Positions 46,368 through 54,950 of a DNA stretch of 61,900 nt are shown one piece after another (position 1 is the stretch's first letter; every line of letters starts with the position of its first letter). The DNA lies in contig JAWOBF010000086.1 in the NCBI GenBank assembly GCA_046498225.1, forward strand, positions 1 to 61,900, given 5' to 3'. Under the pieces are notes generated by a model. The model saw nothing but the letters and a program-made list of their open reading frames with translations. It was not told where the DNA came from and did no database searches. The stretch comes from Candidatus Aegiribacteria sp. (GTDB taxonomy: Bacteria > Fermentibacterota > Fermentibacteria > Fermentibacterales > JCC-6). The position numbers and the translations under genes were made by a program.

Positions 46368-47153
46368 TCATTCATTTGTCTGCTGGTCGTCCGGAAGAAG
46401 TATCAGTACCTCTCCGGTGCTCTCAAAATCCACTGCCGGTTCTACTTCCAGCCTCAGCGCCAGTCCGGGCTCGCCTGAAGAGACGGTGACCACCCTCCCC
46501 GCCAGGAGCCCGTCGGGAAAAACGCCGCCGTACCTGGATGTCAGGACCTGGTCTCCCGGTTCAACACCGCTTGTAAGGTCCACATGGACCAGATGCAGTG
46601 AACCATCCGATGACGATTGAAGGATACCGTAGGATGCCGATGGCCAGGTAACACAGCTTACGTTGACCGAAGGGTTCGTGATAGGCAGTATATCGCTGGT
46701 GGACTCACCCACCCGGCTCACAACGCCCACCAGTCCCTCGGAGGAGATGCACACGGAATTCTCGACCACGCCGTCAGCGCCGCCTTTGTCCACAACAATG
46801 GTCCCGGCCACCAGACCCTCGGACCTGTACAGTACTCGAGCGGGAATGGCTTCCCTGTCATCTGTTCTGGTTATACCCAGCAGTGTCCTGTACTGTTCCG
46901 CTTTCAGGGCCTCCTCCCTGAGAATGGAATTCTCCAGCATGAGGACCATGATATCGTTCCTGAGCTTCTCCTCGGTCGCGGAACCCGTCCCGCTGAAGAA
47001 CAGGGTGGCGAACCTTGCCCCGAGCCAGCTTCCCACGCCGCCGAGCAGCAGAGGTCCCAGAAGAAGGACCAGAATTGAAACGGACAGGAATACCAGGAAT
47101 CTTCTGCTTCCCGGACCACTGCCTCTTCCATCGCGTCCCACGCCGATGGCCAT
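46368..47153 (-). CDS. mreC: Rod shape-determining protein MreC
   Basis: ATG 47153; TM, short coiled coil, VDKGGADGV, GLVGVV, GD.V.TS..GGVFP.GL. Confidence 0.9.
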   Translation of the reverse strand: MAIGVGRDGRGSGPGSRRFLVFLSVSILVLLLGPLLLGGVGSWLGARFATLFFSGTGSATEEKLRNDIMVLMLENSILREEALKAEQYRTLLGITRTDDREAIPARVLYRSEGLVAGTIVVDKGGADGVVENSVCISSEGLVGVVSRVGESTSDILPITNPSVNVSCVTWPSASYGILQSSSDGSLHLVHVDLTSGVEPGDQVLTSRYGGVFPDGLLAGRVVTVSSGEPGLALRLEVEPAVDFESTGEVLILLPDDQQTNE

Positions 47154-47154
47154 T

Positions 47155-48204
47155 TTAATGGAGCAGGAGGTTGCGGTACCGGTATATGTCCTCCAGAATG
47201 ATTCCGGCACCCAGGACAGTACAGGAGAGCGGGTTGTCGGCGATACGGATGGGCAGACCGGTCTCGCTCATGAGGAGCCTGTCCAGCCCCCTCAGCAGGG
47301 CTCCGCCCCCTGTGAGTACGATCCCTCTCTCGACTATGTCGCTGGCAAGCTCGGGAGGGGTCTTCTCCAGACCGTGCCTGACAGCTTCAATTATGGTGGC
47401 TACCACTTCCCGCAGGGCGTTCCTGATATCCTCCGAGTTTATCATATAGGTTTCCGGAATACCGTTGACGAAATCCAGTCCGTTCACCTCGCACTCCCGG
47501 TCGTCATCGTCCAGAACAGTGGCCATCCTGATCTTGAGAAGCTCCGCGGTCCTCTCTCCTATGAGAAGGCTGTACTGCTTCTTGAGATAACCTGATATGG
47601 CCTCGTCGATCTCGTCCCCGCCTATTCTTATTGAATTGTTCGCGGCTATGGAGGAGAGGCTGATGACCGCCACCTCGGTAGTGCCTCCTCCTATGTCCAC
47701 CACCATGTTCCCTGCCGCTCCCTCCACAGGGATGCCGACACCTATGGCCGAGGCCAGGGGTTCGGGGACCAGGAGGACTTCCCTGGCGCCGGCCCGCTCC
47801 AGGGCCGTCTTGACAGCGGATATCTCCACCTCGGTTATGCCGCTGGGAACGCAGACGAGTACACGGGGTCTCATGGAGAGCTTCCTTGTCCTGGCCATGG
47901 CGAGGAATTCGCGCAGCATGGCCATGGTAGCTGTGGCGTTGGTTATCACACCGTCCTTGAGGGGTCTTATGGCGCGAAGCGACAGCCCGGTCCTGCCGAG
48001 CATGGACTTGGCTTCCATTCCCACCGCGACCAGAGTGTCGCTCTCACTTTCCATGGTTACCACACTGGGCTGCTCCAGAACTATTCCTCTGCCCTGAAGA
48101 TATATCAGTGTGTTGGCGGTTCCGAGATCTATGGCCATGGAATTGGAAAGAAGGGCCCCGGATCTCCTTCCGAACAGTCCTCTAAGCGACTGGGAAATTC
48201 CCAT
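47155..48204 (-). CDS. mreB: Rod shape-determining protein MreB
   Basis: IDLGTANTL, RPLKDGVI, VDIGGGTTEV, GIVLTGGGALL. Confidence 0.97.
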   Translation of the reverse strand: MGISQSLRGLFGRRSGALLSNSMAIDLGTANTLIYLQGRGIVLEQPSVVTMESESDTLVAVGMEAKSMLGRTGLSLRAIRPLKDGVITNATATMAMLREFLAMARTRKLSMRPRVLVCVPSGITEVEISAVKTALERAGAREVLLVPEPLASAIGVGIPVEGAAGNMVVDIGGGTTEVAVISLSSIAANNSIRIGGDEIDEAISGYLKKQYSLLIGERTAELLKIRMATVLDDDDRECEVNGLDFVNGIPETYMINSEDIRNALREVVATIIEAVRHGLEKTPPELASDIVERGIVLTGGGALLRGLDRLLMSETGLPIRIADNPLSCTVLGAGIILEDIYRYRNLLLH

Positions 48205-48236
48205 TGATGCCTCCTGTAAACTGAGCTGTATCCGGT

Positions 48237-48265
48237 TGAATAGTAAACAAACAGACCTGCGTCAA
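48237..48265 (-). promoter_or_regulatory. Sigma70-type promoter for the mreBCD-mrdA-rodA operon
   Basis: TTGACG (48265-48260), 17 nt, TATTCA (48242-48237). Confidence 0.55.
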
Positions 48266-48334
48266 CTCCAGGGTGGACCCGATGTTGCTTTACTTCGCGA
48301 TATGAGCGGTTAACAAGTGGTGAGTATGTTAACA

Positions 48335-49153
48335 CTACCTTGTCATGAGGGTGTCCGCCGGTTCCCACAGAGGCATCTCATCAAGCGTATCAACAGGAAC
48401 AGGAATAAACAGGTTCCATATACCCTCACCGGGTACCGATGTTATGTTTATTTCTGTTAACTCGAGTTCCACGGAATTATCCCCGATAAGGGTAGTCCAT
48501 CTCCATGGCCATGCCCTGTACTCATCGTGGGGTGAGGCCGCGGTGATGAAGAAAGCCCCGGATTCCCAGCTGCATTCCCCTGGGAAAAGGCTCCCTTTGT
48601 CCATGGCGAGATTCATTGTATTGTCGTCGGAACCGGCCCTGAATCGCCACAGTATCCGGCCGTCCTCGAATTCGGCCAGGTCTGAGATCTGCCATGATTC
48701 CATGTGAATGGGAAAACCGGTCCTGAGAAGGAATATCAGGTCCTCAGTAGGAATGACCCCGCCCCCGTTGTGAAAACCTTCCCGCGTGAAGGAAGCGTAC
48801 TCCTCCTGTGGAAGATAGACCAGCACTCCGGAGCGGTCTCCCCTGATGGAGACCACCGGTTTGCCATCGGGACCGTAGAAATCCCCTCTGACCAGGACCC
48901 GGTCCGGGTCCCCCCATAGTACGAATGGGCCACGGGCCACGAGAGTGCTCCCCTCGAGCCTGGCCCTGCCCCGGAGCTGGAACGTTTCAAGGTTCTCCCA
49001 TACGAACGACGCCCTGCTGGCGTATACCTGGCTCTGGGTGAGAAGAGCCTCTTCGGTTATACGAGGCGGTCCGCATGAAAGGATAAAAGCGGGCAGCGCC
49101 CAGAAAAGTAGCCTGACGCCCCTAGGATATCCCGTGTTTCTTCTCCAGTTCAA
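48335..49153 (-). CDS. Hypothetical lipoprotein (LolB/DUF4292-like fold suspected)
   Basis: Lipobox FILS-C; FQLRGRARL, D.YGPDGK.V.SI pattern reminiscent of LolB-like beta-strand proteins. Confidence 0.5.
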   Translation of the reverse strand: MNWRRNTGYPRGVRLLFWALPAFILSCGPPRITEEALLTQSQVYASRASFVWENLETFQLRGRARLEGSTLVARGPFVLWGDPDRVLVRGDFYGPDGKPVVSIRGDRSGVLVYLPQEEYASFTREGFHNGGGVIPTEDLIFLLRTGFPIHMESWQISDLAEFEDGRILWRFRAGSDDNTMNLAMDKGSLFPGECSWESGAFFITAASPHDEYRAWPWRWTTLIGDNSVELELTEINITSVPGEGIWNLFIPVPVDTLDEMPLWEPADTLMTR

Positions 49154-49325
49154 GCAGTCTCAGCTCGTTCTCGTACTCCATGGTGATCTTCTCTTTTCTG
49201 GACAGGAGCGAATCGTTGTCAGGTACCTTCTCCAGAAGTTTGTCGATCATGAGGAGGGCCTTCTTCCTGTTGCCCTCCTTCGCCTCGGCATCGATCTTTT
49301 CGATCAGTTCACTGAGCTTTGCCAT
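49122..49325 (-). CDS. Small helical hypothetical protein (single TPR-like hairpin)
   Basis: 67 aa, GGGAGG RBS, ALLMIDKLLEKVPDN TPR-like pattern. Confidence 0.6.
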   Translation of the reverse strand: MAKLSELIEKIDAEAKEGNRKKALLMIDKLLEKVPDNDSLLSRKEKITMEYENELRLLELEKKHGIS

Positions 49326-50214
49326 TCACAACCTCCCGACGTGACTCTATGCATATATTAATGAAATCCCTGACCTGTTCCATTTCTATGTGGAAGCCAT
49401 CCTCGGTTCCTCCGAGGGTGGCGGCTTCGTTATCCCTTCCGTGATAATCGGTGCCGCCTGTCACCAGGAGGTCCAGCTCCCCGGCCATAGACGCCAGGAA
49501 CTGAACCGTTACCCGGCTGTGCGTAGGGTAGTGCACCTCCACACCGGCCAGCCCGAGGTCCTTCAACCTGTGAAAAAGGGCCCGCAGGCCATCGCAGTCC
49601 AGTGGAATATACCCGGGATGTGCCATCACCGGCAATCCACCGGCTCCCTTTATGACATCCATGGCCCGTTCAATGGGAAGCCTGTCCCTCTCGACGTAGG
49701 CGGGACGGCCCTTGCCCAGGAACCTGTTGAAAGCTTCCTTCATACTGCCCACATAGCCGGAGTTCACCATGGCCTGCGCTATGTGAGGCCTTCCCACCAC
49801 GTCCCCGTCGCAGAGTTCATGAACGTCGTTCATGAGTATGTATATGCCGCTGGTTCTGAGCTTCTCCAGTATTCGGGGATTCCTGCGGGAGCGGCCGCCC
49901 TGCACGAAATCTATAGCCTCGGTGAGAGGGGTGGGGCCTTCAAGAAGCGTTCCGGAATCAGCCCCCGGAAAATAGGCGAGAAGATGCGCGGTACGGCCGC
50001 TGGGGTCCAGGTCTACGCTGAACTCGATTCCCGGAACGAAATGAACATCTGTGTCCCTGGCCGCTTCAGCGGCCTCCAGCAGGCCGTCCATGGTGTCATG
50101 GTCTGTTATGGAGATCATCGAGAGGGACCTTTCCCGGGCCATGCTCACTATCTCCCGCGGTGTCCTCACGCCGTCGGACGCGGTGCTGTGAATGTGAAAG
50201 TCCACTCTGGCCAT
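49309..50214 (-). CDS. PHP-domain phosphoesterase
   Basis: VDFHIHSTASDG, ITDHDT, PGIEFS, GRPHIA, MAHP, TGGTDYHG. Confidence 0.92.
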   Translation of the reverse strand: MARVDFHIHSTASDGVRTPREIVSMARERSLSMISITDHDTMDGLLEAAEAARDTDVHFVPGIEFSVDLDPSGRTAHLLAYFPGADSGTLLEGPTPLTEAIDFVQGGRSRRNPRILEKLRTSGIYILMNDVHELCDGDVVGRPHIAQAMVNSGYVGSMKEAFNRFLGKGRPAYVERDRLPIERAMDVIKGAGGLPVMAHPGYIPLDCDGLRALFHRLKDLGLAGVEVHYPTHSRVTVQFLASMAGELDLLVTGGTDYHGRDNEAATLGGTEDGFHIEMEQVRDFINICIESRREVVNGKAQ

Positions 50215-50385
50215 GGGGAATCACCTCCGGAAGGCTGAATATTGCCTACCATCCCCGGTGATGCAACATCCCTCTCATTTACTTCGACCCCGGGATTTAC
50301 TAAATATATGGCTGCAAATACTGAAGTGACTCCGGCCGGCAGAGTGTGCGCCGCTCCCGCAGACCGAAGATGGAGAAGCAGGAAG

Positions 50386-51726
50386 ATGAAACAGGATCCA
50401 AAACGCAAAATCATGTACATTCGTGACCCGGTCCACGGAAGCATACGCCTGTCCAGTCTTCAGGAGGAGCTTATCAAGACGGTGGAGGTCCAGAGGCTGA
50501 GTTTCATACACCAGCTGGGCACCACGTTCCAGAGCTACCCCGGAGCCCACGGCATGAGGCTGTCGCACGCCCTGGGAGTCTCCCACCTCGCCGGCGTCAT
50601 AGGTGAGCATGTCCTTGAAGGACTGGGTGTGACGGGCGGGGAGAGGGAGGCGCAGCTCAACCTGCTGCGGGCGGCCGGAATGCTGCATGACATCGGTCAT
50701 ACCCCGTGGTCCCATACGCTGGAACCCCTCTATCTGGAGATATACGGTAAGGACCACATGGACCTGGTTGCGGATATCATCACCGGCAGAGCCGTGTTCG
50801 ACATAGAGGGGGCCGGCAGGATACCGGAGATACTGGAGAACAGCCGCGTGAAGCCCGCGGACGTGGCGGACCTGGTATGCAGCAGATACAGCGGACCCCG
50901 CTACCTGCAGCAGATGATATTCGGCGAAGTGGACGCGGACATGCTGGATTACCTTCAGAGGGATTTCTATTTCACAGGTGTCGCCTTCGGCCATATTGAG
51001 GTGTACAGGATAATATCCACCATGATGGTGGAGGATGGAAGCATCGTATTCCTCGACAAGGGGCACGAAGCGATTCGCGACTTTCTCTTCGCCAGGATGC
51101 AGATGTACGCCACGGTCTACCTGCACAGGAAGACAAGAATAGTGGACATGATGCTTCTGGCGGCCTCCCGCCGCAGCATACTGGAACTGGGCGAGATGGA
51201 GGATTTCTACCTGATGACAGATGACCAGCTTCTCAGCTTCCTGGCCAGTGATTCACGCGACCCCTGGGTCCGCGACATGGCCTGGAGGATAAAGTACAGG
51301 CAGAAACTGTTCACACAGGTGTTCCGCATAGACGCCGCCACGCTGGACGACAGCGACATATCATTCCTGCGCAGCCTGGAGAGCACCGGGTCGAGCCCCG
51401 CTCGCAGGTCCCGCAGTCTGGCTGAGAGGATCGGGGAGAAAGCCGGGGTCGATCCCAGGTACATCCTGGTGGACATGCCCCTGGAGGCGGTCAAGATATC
51501 CGAGGAGAGGTTTTCAAGGCTGGACATAAAGTACATCGACAGGAATGGCGGCATAATGTCCATCGAGGAGATCGATCCTCCCTTTGCCCGGTACCTCGCG
51601 CAGGCCAGCCCCAACCGCAACTACCTCACGGTCTGCTGCTGTCCCGAGCTCAGGTCAAAGGTGAGCGGCGCCTGCAGGGAACTTTTTCATTCCGCCGCCA
51701 TGCCGCTCTTCTCCGATAAAGAGTAA
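50386..51726 (+). CDS. HD-domain phosphohydrolase (SAMHD1/dNTPase-like)
   Basis: IRDPVHG, QRL..I.QLG, R.SHALGV, LHDIGH.PWSH..E, DADMLDYLQRD, VYLH. Confidence 0.88.
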   Translation: MKQDPKRKIMYIRDPVHGSIRLSSLQEELIKTVEVQRLSFIHQLGTTFQSYPGAHGMRLSHALGVSHLAGVIGEHVLEGLGVTGGEREAQLNLLRAAGMLHDIGHTPWSHTLEPLYLEIYGKDHMDLVADIITGRAVFDIEGAGRIPEILENSRVKPADVADLVCSRYSGPRYLQQMIFGEVDADMLDYLQRDFYFTGVAFGHIEVYRIISTMMVEDGSIVFLDKGHEAIRDFLFARMQMYATVYLHRKTRIVDMMLLAASRRSILELGEMEDFYLMTDDQLLSFLASDSRDPWVRDMAWRIKYRQKLFTQVFRIDAATLDDSDISFLRSLESTGSSPARRSRSLAERIGEKAGVDPRYILVDMPLEAVKISEERFSRLDIKYIDRNGGIMSIEEIDPPFARYLAQASPNRNYLTVCCCPELRSKVSGACRELFHSAAMPLFSDKE

Positions 51727-51785
51727 CGGGGGTCCGCCGGTCGGCCGGCTGAGCCGAGGCCGTTCAGACATTTGGGGAACAGGCC

Positions 51786-52475
51786 TCAGAACGCCTCTAC
51801 GCCTCTCTGCCACTGGACACTGGTAACTCCCTTGACCTCCGAGAGCATGTTCAGCAGTTCCAGCTTGTCTTCGAGGTGCCTTACCTTGAGATGGAACAGA
51901 AGACTGATGGTGTCATCTTCAACATCGATCTCCATATCGATATCGCTTATTCGAACATTATGTCTGCCGAAGATATCCGAGCAGTTCTCCACCAGGACCT
52001 CCGGCTCCCGGTTCTCCCCCACTATAAGCACATCGCGGTACTGAAGGTCTGTCAAACTGTTCTCGAGCACGCGGAGCAGGATGAGTATGAGAAGGGCCAC
52101 ACCGGTCCCGATGACTGCCAGAACGTACTCTCCGAGTCCTATGACCACTCCCAGGGCAGCGACGAACCATATGCAGGCGGCCGTGGTCAGGCCGCGCACG
52201 AAATCGCTGGTCCTGACTATGGCCCCGGCGCCGAGGAATCCTATTCCGGTCACCACTCCAGCGATTATCCTGCTGACCTCTCCACCGGCGTTGGTACCGC
52301 TGCTGAACTGATGCGCTACCATAATGCCGCTTATGGTGATCATGGTTGCTCCCACGCAGACCAGCATATGGGTCCTCAGGCCGGCCGGCCGACCATGGTA
52401 TTCCCTCTCCAGGCCAATGAGTGAACCCAGCAGCGCGGACATGAAAAGTTTCATGAAGATGGTTTCGTAATTCAA
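51786..52475 (-). CDS. MgtC/SapB-family membrane protein with ACT-like C-terminus
   Basis: GLERE, AGLRTH.LV..GA, RIIAGVVTGIGFLGAG, GLTTAA.IW. Confidence 0.92.
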   Translation of the reverse strand: MNYETIFMKLFMSALLGSLIGLEREYHGRPAGLRTHMLVCVGATMITISGIMVAHQFSSGTNAGGEVSRIIAGVVTGIGFLGAGAIVRTSDFVRGLTTAACIWFVAALGVVIGLGEYVLAVIGTGVALLILILLRVLENSLTDLQYRDVLIVGENREPEVLVENCSDIFGRHNVRISDIDMEIDVEDDTISLLFHLKVRHLEDKLELLNMLSEVKGVTSVQWQRGVEAF

Positions 52476-54652
52476 ATGTCCCTCCCTGCTCTGTTTTCCG
52501 GCCTATCATGTGCATCCCGCCGGGGCATGGTCAATTCCACGATGTTCAATATCTCCTCAACGGCGTATGGCTTCTCCAGTATTCTCACCTTTCTCTCCAT
52601 GGCCTCGGGAACATTCATTTCCCGCAGGACCGGACCGCCGGTCAGAATGATCCTCAGAGCCGGAAAATCGCTTCCCAGCTCCTCCAGGACATCTTCAACA
52701 GGTTCAAGCACCGCCGACCGGTCCAGCACCAGATGGTCCGCGCCGGAGTCAGCCAGCATTTCCCTCATCTCGTCCAGGTCCGAGGAACGCATGACATTGA
52801 TCCCGTACAGTTCCAGCACATCGGAAACGCTGTCTCTGACCGCTCTGGAAGCTTCGCAGACCGCCAGGCTCATCCTGCTCAGATCAATGGTGCGGGCCAC
52901 CTCTCCCTGCGACCGGTCGAAGAGATAGTTATCGCTTACCTTGAACAGGATGTTCATGCTGCTTCCCATGGTCCCTTCGGTAAATACCGGATGGCAGTCC
53001 AGGCTGGAGAGAACGGCGGCTACCGAAGAGATATGAGTGCCGAAATCCCTCTGAATACCGGAGAGGTCGGTCTCCGGGTCCATGAGAGCTTCCTTGAGCA
53101 CTACCGGTATCCTTGTCCCGTCGGTGTAACTCAGAGCAACCGACCGCGGGACCGTCCTGTCGCAGTTGGCGGAAAAGACATGGTCTGAGACCGGTGACGG
53201 TACTTCCCTGGCGCCCAGAACTATCCTGAAAGGGCCGGTGTGGGACTCAAGAGAATAGAAGACCATATTCTTGACTATCTGGGTGAAATCCTCCCTGGAG
53301 CACATCACTTCGGGAAGGAAATCCGGAATGTCCAGCTTGATGGATGCCCTTTCAGGAAGCACATCGTTGAGAGCTGAGGATATGGAGTCCAGTTCTGAAG
53401 AGATATCAATGATCTCGGTGGTTCCTTCATCCGGTGATTCGAGTCCGTCCCCGCTGCCTGCCAGGGCATCCTGCAGCCTCGCGAAATACTCCACCACCGC
53501 CTCATTTTTCCTGAACCGGAACCTCCCCTCCTTCATAAGAGCGATCGCGCGGACGCGGCCATCCCCTGCCGCTGCCGCCGGTCTGTCCTTCGCCGATCCC
53601 GCTGCCGCCGGACCGTCTGGAGCTTCGCCGCGCTCCTTCCGTTCCTTGTCCACGGTCCTGATCGATACAGCGTAACCCGTGCTGTCCAGCCGTTCCATTA
53701 CGAAGGTCGCCCTTCGCGCGGTTCCTCTGCTGTCAACGATATTCAGTTTGAACATCCCGGTCGCATCCTCCCGGGGATAGACTATTCTGTCCCGGTCATC
53801 TTCATGGAAACAGGGAAGTTCATGAAAAAGCGACCCCTTAATGTCATCCCTGGTTATATCCATGAGTTTCTCCGCCGATCTGTTCATGAACAGTATCGAA
53901 CCGTTCCCGTCAAGGCGGAACACCGCGGGGAATTCATCACCCTCCAGCAGAGAGGGCGGACAGATATCGGTCCCAGCCGTCCCGTCCGTCTTCTTCGACT
54001 GGTATTCCATATCGTTCTGATAGAAGCCCGCCTTTTCGATCCCACGCCTTATCTCAGCCAGCTTCAGGAATATTCCGGGAAGAAGGACGAGAAGGATGAC
54101 CACGGCGGACATGAGATAGAGAGTGTAGCGGCTCTCTATCAGCGAGTCCCTGTCCAGAACGTCCTCGAACACAATTCCGGCCAGAGCGGTATTGCCGCCG
54201 CTGTCTGTCAGGGGATAGAAAATCAGAAGATTGTCGTCCTTCCCCCTTTCCAGATAGGCGGAGACCGCCGTCCTGCCCTCAAGCGCGCTCCTGGCCAGGG
54301 AATCCCTCTCAAAAAAAGTCCCCTCCGGCTGGACACCTTCGGGAAAAGACACAACCTGGAACTCGGTCAGACCCATTAGACTCAAAAAATCCGGTCTGAG
54401 TCCAATGACGTCATGGCCATCAACGACATGGGCTTCGAAGATTTCGTTCTCGATACCGCTGTCCAGCAGTTCGATAAGAGATTCGGCAGTCCGGACAGCC
54501 CGTTCCCTTTCCATGCTGACTATCCGGTCAACCGCGCCGGATGTGAAATGAAAATATCCAAGCAGGACCGCAGTTATGGCCAGCAGCCCGAGAATATAGG
54601 GCGTCAGCGCCCAGGTAACGGTCCTGAATGAAACTCTGGGAAATAGGAGCAT
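52472..54652 (-). CDS. Degenerate hybrid sensor kinase-like protein (2 TM, PAS, HATPase-like, REC-like)
   Basis: Two TM helices, PAS (LD.NG.ILFMN.SAEKLM), HATPase-like (DF.QIVKNM, YTDGT.IP), REC-like (IILTGG, LEKPY); ATG 54652 follows GGGGAG. Confidence 0.65.
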   Translation of the reverse strand: MLLFPRVSFRTVTWALTPYILGLLAITAVLLGYFHFTSGAVDRIVSMERERAVRTAESLIELLDSGIENEIFEAHVVDGHDVIGLRPDFLSLMGLTEFQVVSFPEGVQPEGTFFERDSLARSALEGRTAVSAYLERGKDDNLLIFYPLTDSGGNTALAGIVFEDVLDRDSLIESRYTLYLMSAVVILLVLLPGIFLKLAEIRRGIEKAGFYQNDMEYQSKKTDGTAGTDICPPSLLEGDEFPAVFRLDGNGSILFMNRSAEKLMDITRDDIKGSLFHELPCFHEDDRDRIVYPREDATGMFKLNIVDSRGTARRATFVMERLDSTGYAVSIRTVDKERKERGEAPDGPAAAGSAKDRPAAAAGDGRVRAIALMKEGRFRFRKNEAVVEYFARLQDALAGSGDGLESPDEGTTEIIDISSELDSISSALNDVLPERASIKLDIPDFLPEVMCSREDFTQIVKNMVFYSLESHTGPFRIVLGAREVPSPVSDHVFSANCDRTVPRSVALSYTDGTRIPVVLKEALMDPETDLSGIQRDFGTHISSVAAVLSSLDCHPVFTEGTMGSSMNILFKVSDNYLFDRSQGEVARTIDLSRMSLAVCEASRAVRDSVSDVLELYGINVMRSSDLDEMREMLADSGADHLVLDRSAVLEPVEDVLEELGSDFPALRIILTGGPVLREMNVPEAMERKVRILEKPYAVEEILNIVELTMPRRDAHDRPENRAGRDI

Positions 54653-54698
54653 CGCTCTCCCCAATGAGAATAGGAAACAGTCTCTCCCCGGTTCAGTG

Positions 54699-54854
54699 AA
54701 TATGTCAACTGGCCGGCGTAAAATCCAGAAGGATGAAACGGGTACATGATGAAGACATCATCGATTAACATAACCAATCAGTCAATTCCGTATCATTCCT
54801 GTATTATTTTAGTCCATAAAATCCCCTATTGTACAGTAAGTAACTTGACATATT
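54699..54854. repeat. 10-bp perfect inverted repeat flanking 136 bp
   Basis: AATATGTCAA (54699-54708) and TTGACATATT (54845-54854). Confidence 0.75.
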
Positions 54855-54873
54855 TAAAAATCTTTATTAATGT
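54845..54873 (+). promoter_or_regulatory. Sigma70-type promoter for the recombinase-like gene
   Basis: TTGACA (54845-54850), 17 nt, TAATGT (54868-54873). Confidence 0.55.
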
Positions 54874-54950
54874 AATTTAAATTTGAAGGTTCACTGGCGA
54901 TATTATTGTACTCAATTAGCTATAGATACGTAACCTTGTTTGGAGGAATA

